Positions 44,801 to 52,978 of a DNA stretch of 64,000 nt are shown here, piece by piece. Origin of the DNA: Clostridiales bacterium UBA1758 (GTDB lineage Bacteria > Bacillota > Clostridia > Oscillospirales > UBA1758); NCBI GenBank assembly GCA_002315595.1, contig DCHG01000067.1:3422-67421 (forward strand), written 5' to 3'. A program made the position numbers and the translations under genes. The notes below the pieces were generated by a model that saw only the letters and a list, made by a program, of their open reading frames with translations, was not told the origin of the DNA and did no database searches. Position 1 is the stretch's first letter; each line of letters begins with the position of its first letter.

Positions 44801-44870
44801 GCCTGATTTTCGTCAATAACGGGGAAACCCGTTTGAGGAAGTGTCAAAAATATAAAAAAGGAGTAAGAAA

Positions 44871-46181
44871 ATGAATCTGACTTACGGAATCAAAGACAGA
44901 CCCAAATTCGGACAAGTAATTCTCTTCGCACTGCAACAACTTCTCGCCATCATGGCCGCTACCATCGCGGTACCTTCCATCATCGGTAATGGCATGGGAC
45001 AGACCGCAGCCCTCTTCGGTGCAGGCGTCGGTACACTTGTGTACCTGCTATTCACCAAGTTCCGCAGCCCGGTTTTCCTCGGATCTTCCTTCGCCTTTAT
45101 CGGATCCATGTTCACCGCTTTCGCCGGTGCAGCATCCATGGAAGCCGGATACCTCGGTCTTATTCTCGGCGCTCTGTTTGCCGGACTTGTTTATGTTGTG
45201 ATCTCGATTGTCGTTAAGTGCGTTGGCGTTCAGTGGATCAACAAACTTATGCCGGCCGTCGTCATCGGACCGACCGTTGCGATCATCGGTCTTTCCCTTG
45301 CCGGTAACGCCGTCGGAGACCTCGGAACTGCTCCCGCAGGTGGCTCCGTTTATGTCGCACTGATCTGTGGTCTTGTCACCCTCTTTGTCACGATGATCTG
45401 CTCCATCTTCGGCAAAAAAATGGTCAAGATGATTCCGTTCATCATTGGCATCCTCGCCGGTTATGCCGTCGCTGCGATCTTCACCGTCATTGGTGAGAAG
45501 ACTGGCAACGCTTCGCTCCTTGTTATCAACTTCAAACTCTTTGAAAATATCACATGGATCCCTGACTTCACCTTCCTTACTGCCTATAAGGGCTTGGATC
45601 AGTTGACTGGCTCCTACATCGCCACTGTTGCGGTCGCGTATATTCCGGTTGCTTTCGTTGTCTTTGCCGAACACATCGCCGACCACAAGAACCTCAGTTC
45701 CATTGTCGGCGTCGATCTGCTTGAAAATCCGGGCCTTCATCGCACCCTCCTCGGTGACGGTGTCGGCTCCTTCGCCGGTGCGATCTTCGGCGGTTGCCCG
45801 AACACCACCTACGGTGAATCCGTCGGTTGTGTTGCGATCTCCGGCAACGCTTCCATCGTGACCATTCTTGCCACTGCGATCCTTGCGATCGCCGTCTCCT
45901 TCGTCGGGCCGTTCGCTACCTTCCTCGCCACCATCCCGAACTGTGTCATGGGCGGCGTCTGCATCGCACTGTACGGCTTCATCGCGGTCTCCGGTTTGAA
46001 GATGATCCAGCAGGTTGATCTCAACGACAATCACAATCTGTTCGTCGTTTCCGTCATCCTCATCAGCGGCATCGGAGGTCTCTCTGTCAGTTTCGGTTCT
46101 GTCACCCTGACCAGTGTCGCCTGCGCACTTATCCTCGGTATTCTTACCAACACCATGCTCAAGAAAAAAGACGACAAGTAA
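44871..46181 (+). CDS. pyrP: NCS2-family uracil permease
   Basis: 436 aa with about 13-14 TM segments. Motifs QQLLAIMAATIAVP and PNTTYGESVG resemble UraA/PyrP. Confidence 0.75.
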   Translation: MNLTYGIKDRPKFGQVILFALQQLLAIMAATIAVPSIIGNGMGQTAALFGAGVGTLVYLLFTKFRSPVFLGSSFAFIGSMFTAFAGAASMEAGYLGLILGALFAGLVYVVISIVVKCVGVQWINKLMPAVVIGPTVAIIGLSLAGNAVGDLGTAPAGGSVYVALICGLVTLFVTMICSIFGKKMVKMIPFIIGILAGYAVAAIFTVIGEKTGNASLLVINFKLFENITWIPDFTFLTAYKGLDQLTGSYIATVAVAYIPVAFVVFAEHIADHKNLSSIVGVDLLENPGLHRTLLGDGVGSFAGAIFGGCPNTTYGESVGCVAISGNASIVTILATAILAIAVSFVGPFATFLATIPNCVMGGVCIALYGFIAVSGLKMIQQVDLNDNHNLFVVSVILISGIGGLSVSFGSVTLTSVACALILGILTNTMLKKKDDK

Positions 46182-46195
46182 GTTTTAATTATAAC

Positions 46196-46234
46196 AAAAC
46201 ACCCATCGTACCATTGGTACGGTGGGTGTTTTTG
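46196..46234. terminator. Bidirectional rho-independent terminator
   Basis: AAAA-CACCCATCGTACC-att-GGTACGGTGGGTG-TTTTT between convergent units. Confidence 0.8.
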
Positions 46235-46247
46235 GTTTCGGGACTTT

Positions 46248-46412
46248 TTATTTGTCTTCGGTTTCCTTTTCACAGAAATTGAGTCTCATACAGGCGACAC
46301 AATGGTCGGTATCTTCCACATGGTGGCGGATACATTCGGCACAGTTGCCGTTAAATTTGCACGCCTTGTTTTCGCAGGGGCAGCCGCCCTTGATTTTGCA
46401 GGTAGTTTCCAT
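46248..46412 (-). CDS. Unannotated 54-aa cysteine-rich protein (METTCKIKGGCPCENKACKFNGNCAECIRHHVEDTDHCVACMRLNFCEKETEDK)
   Basis: GGAG RBS 7 nt before ATG 46412, which lies 9 nt downstream of the preceding stop. Ten Cys and three His. Terminator immediately downstream. Below the ORF-track cutoff. Confidence 0.6.
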   Translation of the reverse strand: METTCKIKGGCPCENKACKFNGNCAECIRHHVEDTDHCVACMRLNFCEKETEDK

Positions 46413-46421
46413 TATGATCTC

Positions 46422-47186
46422 CTATTCAATCGGGTCGATTTTATCGACGAAGTAGTATTTGTTCTTGCGCATCATGTCCTCGCCGCGCTTCCAAACGGCA
46501 CGGGAGTCAATCAGCCAACATTCGGCGTCGAGTACATAGCCGTGCGTGTATTCACTCGGATCGAGCAGATCCATAATGCGATGATAACATTGGGCATAGC
46601 CGAAATGATTGAAGCCGTGCCGCTTGGTTGTGACCTTCGTTTCCGTGCCGTCCTCTAAGATAACGGTGTATTCCACAGATTTGAAGAACAGAAACTCCGG
46701 CATGATCAGTTCCTCGACTCCGTGCATCGTCGTGCAGGAGTGAACTCCGCAACCGAGCATCAAAAGTTTTCCGCCACGGTCACGGAGGATCGAGAACGGA
46801 GAATTCGGGCCGACCGGTGTGTCGTCGAGAATGTGTTTTGATACGATTTCTTCGGCGTCTTTGCCCCAAACGCCGACGGAGTGCGTCGGACTGCCAGAAC
46901 GATAAACACCGGGCATCTTGCGGAAGGTTTCCGGCAAAATGCCGATACAAGCGGGTGTATTTTTGATATCATAGATCGGGTGCTCGGCGGTGACATGGGC
47001 ATAACTGAGCGTCGGGAGCATCAAAGTGCCGTCGCACACTGCGGCTTCTAGGACTTCAAGTGCGCCCGTCGGACCGCCCTCGATCCCTCCGAGAGACTTA
47101 AACGACGAGTGCATCAGTAATGAATCGGTGGATTTGACACCGAGCGCACGAAGATCATTAAGCATTTTCTGCTGACGAGTTTCCAT
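46422..47186 (-). CDS. AAC(3)-family aminoglycoside N3-acetyltransferase-like protein (YokD-like)
   Basis: LLMHSSFKSLGGIEGGPTGALEVL N-terminal motif and TTMHGVEE region. GAGGTG RBS. Confidence 0.75.
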   Translation of the reverse strand: METRQQKMLNDLRALGVKSTDSLLMHSSFKSLGGIEGGPTGALEVLEAAVCDGTLMLPTLSYAHVTAEHPIYDIKNTPACIGILPETFRKMPGVYRSGSPTHSVGVWGKDAEEIVSKHILDDTPVGPNSPFSILRDRGGKLLMLGCGVHSCTTMHGVEELIMPEFLFFKSVEYTVILEDGTETKVTTKRHGFNHFGYAQCYHRIMDLLDPSEYTHGYVLDAECWLIDSRAVWKRGEDMMRKNKYYFVDKIDPIE

Positions 47187-47202
47187 GAAATCACCTCATT
47201 TA

Positions 47203-48342
47203 TTATTTTTCAAGCAGAGATTTTGCGTATTTGTCGATTTCGGCAAGCCTTTCCGGGATGGAAATGCCCTGCGGGCAACGCTTGACGCAGGCGTTGCAGT
47301 GAATGCAGTTGTCGGCGCGCTTTTCAGCCGGAAGTGACGCGTTGTAGGCGATGTTAAAAGCAAAATCGTTGCCGGAGATTTTGTATCCGTTATATGCGGC
47401 AAAGATCGTGAAAATCGAAATGCCCTTCGGGCAGTCGATGCAGTAACGGCAACCGGTGCAAGGAATCGCGCCGGAGGCACGGAATACGCCGAGAGCATCG
47501 TTCAAAGCGGCGATCTCTTTTTCACTAAGCGGTTTGAAATTGTTCATTGTGGCAAGGTTGTCGTCGACCTGCGATTCTTCGGTCATGCCGGAAAGGACGG
47601 TCAGAACATTCGGCTGGGACGCGGCAAAACGGATCGCCCAGGATGCGACACTCTGATCCGGCTCGACGGATTTCAAAATACTGCTTGCCTTGTCGTTGAG
47701 TTTGGCGAGCATTCCGCCACGGACGGGCTCCATAACGACAACGGGGATGCCGTGAGAGGTCAGGATATCGTACTGCCCCTTCGCGTCCTGAACTTCCCAG
47801 TCGTAATAGTTCAACTGAATTTGCGCAAAATCCCATTCATGTGCGTCGACGATCTTTCTGAGAGCCGCGGGCGAATCGTGGAAGGAGAAGCCGAGATTGC
47901 GGATCTTACCCTCTTTTTTGTAGTTCAACAGTTTTTCGTAGACACCGAGTTTTTCGCAGAAATCGAAGCGTTCGCCGCTGAGACTGTGCATCAGGTAGAA
48001 GTCGAAATAATCGACGCCGCAGAGTTCAAGTTGTTTTTCGAAGATTTCTTCGACGTCGCTTGATTTGGTCAGTGCAAAGGTCGGCAGTTTTGTGGCAAGA
48101 TAAAAACTGTCACGTGGGTATTTTTTTAATGCCTTACCGACAAAGGCCTGCGACATTCCGCCGTGATACGGATGTGCGGTGTCAAAATAGTTGACGCCCG
48201 CCTTATATGCCTTGTCCACGAGGGCTTCGGCTTTTTCGTAATCAATGTTTTTCGGATCGTCGTCAACGGTTGGCAGACGCATTAAACCGAAGCCGAGCAG
48301 AGATACCATTTTTCCGGTGTGTTTGTATTCGCGTTTTTCCAT
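47203..48342 (-). CDS. Aldo/keto reductase fused to a C-terminal 2x[4Fe-4S] ferredoxin-like domain
   Basis: AKR N-terminus (LGFGLMRLP, DTAHPYHGG) and C-terminal CTGCRYCIDCP plus CIHCNACVKRCP. Confidence 0.8.
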   Translation of the reverse strand: MEKREYKHTGKMVSLLGFGLMRLPTVDDDPKNIDYEKAEALVDKAYKAGVNYFDTAHPYHGGMSQAFVGKALKKYPRDSFYLATKLPTFALTKSSDVEEIFEKQLELCGVDYFDFYLMHSLSGERFDFCEKLGVYEKLLNYKKEGKIRNLGFSFHDSPAALRKIVDAHEWDFAQIQLNYYDWEVQDAKGQYDILTSHGIPVVVMEPVRGGMLAKLNDKASSILKSVEPDQSVASWAIRFAASQPNVLTVLSGMTEESQVDDNLATMNNFKPLSEKEIAALNDALGVFRASGAIPCTGCRYCIDCPKGISIFTIFAAYNGYKISGNDFAFNIAYNASLPAEKRADNCIHCNACVKRCPQGISIPERLAEIDKYAKSLLEK

Positions 48343-48491
48343 AATTCTTCCTCCTAAAAAGCGGTGACAAGTGCTTACAAGTAAATTATAGCAGATTTTT
48401 ATACGGACACAAGAAAAAATTTGTAAAACTTGTGGAAGTTTTTTACGGAAGGTGGTATGATTAAGTTAAGGTCAAAAAGGAGGAAGAAAAT

Positions 48492-50807
48492 ATGTTTGTT
48501 CCCGAAAGAGTTAAACTGGCGAAGGTCGAAAACATCGGCGGCGTGCCGTCCCTTACCGTTGACGGCAAACCCATTGGCGCGATGACATTTCAGTGGGCAC
48601 TCGGCGATCAGAGTGCCGAACAACTGAAAAGTCTCGGGAAAGCCGGAATTGAACTGTACTTCCTGCGCATTTCCATCAGCGATCCCGAAAAATTGGATGA
48701 ATTTAAGCAGAGTTTGCATGAACACGTCAGGGTTTTGAAAGAAAATGTTCCGAATGCCAAAGCGATTATTTGGCTGACGGTTATGCCGTATGACGGATTT
48801 CAGGATAAATTCCCGGACGATGTCGTCGTATTCAATGACGGCAAAACGGGCGGTTGGCTGAGCCATGACTTCATGCGTCTGCCGAATAACGACACGCCAC
48901 GTTTCTCTCACGCTTCGGAAGCGTGGAAGCACGAAGTGGCGGGAATGTTCCGCGAGGTCGTCAGGGAAGTCAACAATACCGACCTTGCCGATACCATCAT
49001 CGGCTACTTCCTATTCTCACTCTGCTATGAGTGGAGTTGGTTCTGGGATTACGATGTCGACAACCGTTGCCAGGAATACTCCAAAGCAATGGAGTATGCG
49101 TTCAGAAATTATCTCATTGAAAAATATCATGGCAGCCTGAAAGCACTTCGTGCGGCGTGGAAGGATCCGAATGTCACCTTCGGCACTGCGCAATTGCCGA
49201 GTTTTGAACAAAAACGCACCCCGACCTACGGTCGATTTTGGGATCCCGACAAGAGCGCGCAACTCATTGACTACGCCGAGATTCACGCCGAAACCGTCAC
49301 CGAGAAACTCGAATATTTCTCGAAGATTCTCAAGGAAGAAAGCGGATTTAAGGCAGTTGTCGGGTCGTTCTGGGGCTATTTGATGAATCAGGATCACCTC
49401 TGGGGCGGCCAGGCACGCTTTAAGCGCATGATGGATTGCCCGTACCTCGATTTCTGGTCTGCACCGTACACCTATGAAAACAAGACAAACGGCGATTTTG
49501 CGTCGATGCGTTACCTCATCAAGTCCCTGCAAAAGCACAATAAACTCTATTTTGCCGAAGCCGACACCTTCATTCACGACTCGGCAGAAGGCTCACATAA
49601 ACATCACGGGTGCCCGATGTCGACGTATTATGAGTCCGGTGAACTCCTCAAACGCGACTATGTCTATCCGCTTTGCGAAGGTACGCAGGCATGGTGGATC
49701 GACTGGTCAAGCGGGGCTAGCCAATATGATGAGCGTCAGTATCTGCCGCTTATGCGTAGAATGCAGGAAATCAGCCGTGATGCGTTCAAGATGCCGCGTG
49801 GTGGTGTTTCCGACATTGCGGGCATCGTCGATCAGGAGTCATTGATCACCTATGTGCCGAAAGTCAACGCCAAAAACCCCGCCAATGTCGTCATCACCGA
49901 TATTGCCCATACGCCGGAGGAAGCCGAACGCAAGTTCCCGGCAGGTTTGACATTTAACGCGATCGACCGTTTCCGTGTACATGAACTGCCGCGAATCGGT
50001 GCACCGGTGGATTTCTACGAAACCGACGATGTTCTCGACGGTCAGGGCAGAAAACACAAGATGTATATCTTTATGAACAACTATGTCGTCGACACGGAAG
50101 AAAGAGAACGCATAGAAAAATACCTCAAACGCGACGGAAATGTCCTTGTGTTCATGTACGGTGCGGGATTGCTTCAACCGAATGCGGAGGTCACCGCGGG
50201 TGCCGAAAACGTGACCGAACTGACCGGCATCCATATGAAGGTCGAAATGATTGAACAGCGTGCGAGAATGAAGACCGTTTCGGGTGCGTCCGCGATTCTT
50301 CCGGGATTGAAAGACGGCGAGGAAATCGGTGATTTCGAACGTATGGTCGACTGCGGATTTGATTTCAAGGCAAATTCCGAGGTTCCGTTCAAGCCTGCCC
50401 CAAACCGTATTGATCCCGTCATCTATGCCGACGATCGGGACGCAAAGACTTTGGCGGAGTATGTCGAAGGCGGAAAGCCCGCCTTTGTTATGAAGGAATT
50501 TGACAACTGGACGAGTATTTATGTCGGATCTCCGGCGGTGCAGGCGTATGTCCTCCGTGCCATTGCCAAAAAGGCGGGCGCGCACCTCTATGTCGACGAC
50601 GAGGATATTATCGTCTATGCGAATGAAAGTTTTGTCGGCTTGCACACCGCGACCGCGGGAAAGAGGACGATCCGTTTGCCCGAAAAGGCGAATGTGTGCG
50701 AAGCCTTCGACAAGCGCGAGATCGGAAGGAATATCGACAACTTTGTTGAACAGATTCCTGCGGGAACGACCAGATTGTACTGTCTGCGTCCCGAATTACT
50801 TGACTGA
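48492..50807 (+). CDS. 771-aa cytoplasmic protein, distantly GH42-like (clan GH-A TIM barrel plus trimerisation-like domain); the assignment is tentative
   Basis: The segment FRNYLIEKYHGSLKALRAAWKDPNVTFGTAQLP resembles the GH42 post-barrel signature. A later segment KMYIFMNNYVVD...LVFMYGAG resembles the GATase-like trimerisation domain. AAGGAGG RBS. Confidence 0.55.
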   Translation: MFVPERVKLAKVENIGGVPSLTVDGKPIGAMTFQWALGDQSAEQLKSLGKAGIELYFLRISISDPEKLDEFKQSLHEHVRVLKENVPNAKAIIWLTVMPYDGFQDKFPDDVVVFNDGKTGGWLSHDFMRLPNNDTPRFSHASEAWKHEVAGMFREVVREVNNTDLADTIIGYFLFSLCYEWSWFWDYDVDNRCQEYSKAMEYAFRNYLIEKYHGSLKALRAAWKDPNVTFGTAQLPSFEQKRTPTYGRFWDPDKSAQLIDYAEIHAETVTEKLEYFSKILKEESGFKAVVGSFWGYLMNQDHLWGGQARFKRMMDCPYLDFWSAPYTYENKTNGDFASMRYLIKSLQKHNKLYFAEADTFIHDSAEGSHKHHGCPMSTYYESGELLKRDYVYPLCEGTQAWWIDWSSGASQYDERQYLPLMRRMQEISRDAFKMPRGGVSDIAGIVDQESLITYVPKVNAKNPANVVITDIAHTPEEAERKFPAGLTFNAIDRFRVHELPRIGAPVDFYETDDVLDGQGRKHKMYIFMNNYVVDTEERERIEKYLKRDGNVLVFMYGAGLLQPNAEVTAGAENVTELTGIHMKVEMIEQRARMKTVSGASAILPGLKDGEEIGDFERMVDCGFDFKANSEVPFKPAPNRIDPVIYADDRDAKTLAEYVEGGKPAFVMKEFDNWTSIYVGSPAVQAYVLRAIAKKAGAHLYVDDEDIIVYANESFVGLHTATAGKRTIRLPEKANVCEAFDKREIGRNIDNFVEQIPAGTTRLYCLRPELLD

Positions 50808-50922
50808 TTGGAGAAAAACACTTGAAAAGTGAAAAAAAAACACTCCGAGTGATTAAAAAATATGCGCTGTATTTGCGCAGACAGGTGAAAATCAAGGGAA
50901 ATAAAGGAGAGTAGGAAACAAG

Positions 50923-51789
50923 ATGCCCGGATTTCTTTTCTTTATCTTCCAACCGCTTTTGTCCAATGCGAAGGTAATGTTGCAGGGTGGACTTGTGCGA
51001 AAGCACAACAAAACGCTCGCCGATACGGTGCTGATCAATGCGTGGATATTTGCCGCGGTAACACTTATTATGGGGGCGCTGTTTTTCCGACAGTTGCCCC
51101 CGATCGGACTGGTGTTGCTCGCCATACTCGGCGGGGCACTTGCATCGGGTTTTCAGATCTGTTACAGTTCCGCATTCCGTTCGGGACCGATCTCAATCAC
51201 CTGCGTGATCGTGTCATTTGCAGTTGTGTTCCCGGTGTTGGGCGGATTGCTGATCTACGATGAAAAACTTTCCACACTTCGGATCGCTGCCCTTGTTCTG
51301 ACGGCGATCACGTTTTTGCTCATCCCGGAACGAACGGGCGGAAAGGTCAATCGTCGTTGGTTGATTTTTTCGCTTTCGGCAATGGTTTGCTCCGGTACCA
51401 GTAATTTTTTGCAATTGATTGTATCACGCACGGCGGGCTTTGCGGATTATTCCAATGAATTCATCGTCCTTTGCTTCGCCGTTGCATCGGCGCTCTGTTT
51501 TTTGATCGGCACGCCGTGGCAAAAGCGTGATGGCGGTATTTTCCACCCGACGAAAAAGGTGCTTTTGACCGTTCTCGGGATCGGATTGGCGTTGGGACTT
51601 TACAATATTCTCACGCCGATGGCACTCAAAAGCGGAATTGATGCGTCGAAGTATTTTCCGTTGATGAATGTAATCATTATGATCGTGGTGCTGATTTCGG
51701 ACTTCATCTTCTATCGCCATATTCCAAAGGGAAGACAGTGGATCGGCATTGTGACCGCGATCATCGGATCGGTGCTGATCAATTTATAA
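50923..51789 (+). CDS. DMT-superfamily (EamA-like) transporter
   Basis: About 10 hydrophobic segments in 288 aa. The exact start is uncertain. Confidence 0.65.
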   Translation: MPGFLFFIFQPLLSNAKVMLQGGLVRKHNKTLADTVLINAWIFAAVTLIMGALFFRQLPPIGLVLLAILGGALASGFQICYSSAFRSGPISITCVIVSFAVVFPVLGGLLIYDEKLSTLRIAALVLTAITFLLIPERTGGKVNRRWLIFSLSAMVCSGTSNFLQLIVSRTAGFADYSNEFIVLCFAVASALCFLIGTPWQKRDGGIFHPTKKVLLTVLGIGLALGLYNILTPMALKSGIDASKYFPLMNVIIMIVVLISDFIFYRHIPKGRQWIGIVTAIIGSVLINL

Positions 51790-51816
51790 AGTGTAATTTC
51801 AGAAAGGAATGTATAT

Positions 51817-52716
51817 ATGTTTGACATTTCCATCGGAACGCTGATTCCGGCATTGAGTGCGAAGGCACTGATCCCACAACTGAACCAAAAGGGGTTTGAA
51901 TCGTACGAACTGAACATCGACGAAATCGACCCGCGCACTTTCGATTTTGACGCGTTTGCGGACGAAATTTTACCGCTTCTTGACGGCAGAACGGTTTCGG
52001 CTTGCGGTTTTTATCGAAATCCGATCAAAAATCGGGACGAAAAAGAAATGCTCATTGCGCTGATCCGAAATTTGAGCAAATTGAATTGTAATGTGATCGG
52101 TGCATTTGCGGGTGGCTTGCCCGACAAATCGATCCCCGAAACGATTTCCGCATATGCGGAAACATGGAAGGAGATCGGTGATGTCGCGGGTGAGTGCGGC
52201 GTCAAGATCGGCTTTGAGGGTTGCGGGAACGGATGGAACGGCGGAAGCCACAACATCGCGTACTGCTCGGATGCGTGGGATCTGATGTTTGACGCACTCG
52301 ATCACCCGGCACTCGGATTGGAATGGGAGCCGTGTCACGCGCTTGAAATTCTTGCCGATCCGATCGCCCAACTTCGTCAATACGCCAGCCGTGTCGTACA
52401 TATCCACGGCAAGGACGGCACGGTCGCATGGGACGTCATTTCCCGCTATGGCGTCAATGCCGGCAGGCAATATATGTGGAATCGTACGCCGGGATTCGGT
52501 GACACGAACTGGGCAGATATTTTTACGATCCTGTTGCAGACGGGCTTTGTAGGGGCTTGCGATATTGAGGGTTATCACGACCCCGTGCATTACGACGATA
52601 TGGAATGGACGGCGCAGGCAACTGCGGTTGAGTATCTGAAACGTTGTCGTGGCGGCGTCGAATATTTTGCCGGACCGAGTGAATATCGTGGATATCAGGG
52701 CGCAAGAAAAAAGTGA
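51817..52716 (+). CDS. Sugar phosphate isomerase/epimerase (xylose-isomerase-like TIM barrel)
   Basis: 299 aa with conserved EPCH, HIHGKD and DIEG metal-ligand style motifs. Confidence 0.75.
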   Translation: MFDISIGTLIPALSAKALIPQLNQKGFESYELNIDEIDPRTFDFDAFADEILPLLDGRTVSACGFYRNPIKNRDEKEMLIALIRNLSKLNCNVIGAFAGGLPDKSIPETISAYAETWKEIGDVAGECGVKIGFEGCGNGWNGGSHNIAYCSDAWDLMFDALDHPALGLEWEPCHALEILADPIAQLRQYASRVVHIHGKDGTVAWDVISRYGVNAGRQYMWNRTPGFGDTNWADIFTILLQTGFVGACDIEGYHDPVHYDDMEWTAQATAVEYLKRCRGGVEYFAGPSEYRGYQGARKK

Positions 52717-52736
52717 CCGATTTTCGGGCAAAACGC

Positions 52737-52765
52737 TTGACTTCATAATAGATCATCGGTATAAT
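52737..52765 (+). promoter_or_regulatory. Consensus sigma-A promoter
   Basis: TTGACT, 17 nt, TATAAT. Confidence 0.65.
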
Positions 52766-52805
52766 AACAATTGTTACGAAATTAACCGAAAGGAGGCGAA
52801 CAAGC

Positions 52806-52877
52806 ATGACAAAACTCAGTTTAAGTCGGAATTTTCAAAATAATAACGGCGCGGTGCTGTTCGCCTTTTGCGCATAA
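52806..52877 (+). CDS. 23-aa leader peptide ORF (MTKLSLSRNFQNNNGAVLFAFCA)
   Basis: AAAGGAGG lies 7 nt before ATG 52806. TAA is at 52875-52877 and a terminator hairpin starts 24 nt downstream. Confidence 0.5.
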   Translation: MTKLSLSRNFQNNNGAVLFAFCA

Positions 52878-52900
52878 TTTCTACGCTTTTACGCAAACAG

Positions 52901-52940
52901 ACGGGCGTTCCGCGGGATCGGGATGCCCGTTTTATTTTTA
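52901..52940 (+). terminator. Leader (attenuator) terminator upstream of the ABC exporter genes
   Basis: ACGGGC...GCCCGT followed by TTTTATTTTTAT, ending 39 nt before the ABC start codon. Confidence 0.65.
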
Positions 52941-52978
52941 TATGATGTAGGTTTGAACTGCAAACCGGGAAGGAAGTC

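Noticed and set aside
45048-46034. 328-aa minus-strand ORF, together with similar long antisense ORFs at 57664-58659, 22834-23889, 11699-12580, 18671-19588, 6181-6945, 39989-40857 and 61217-61960
   Set aside because: Every one is embedded antisense in a gene with strong family-level evidence (uracil permease, thrS, SBPs, BceA, DMT, GH, znuC). None has a credible RBS.
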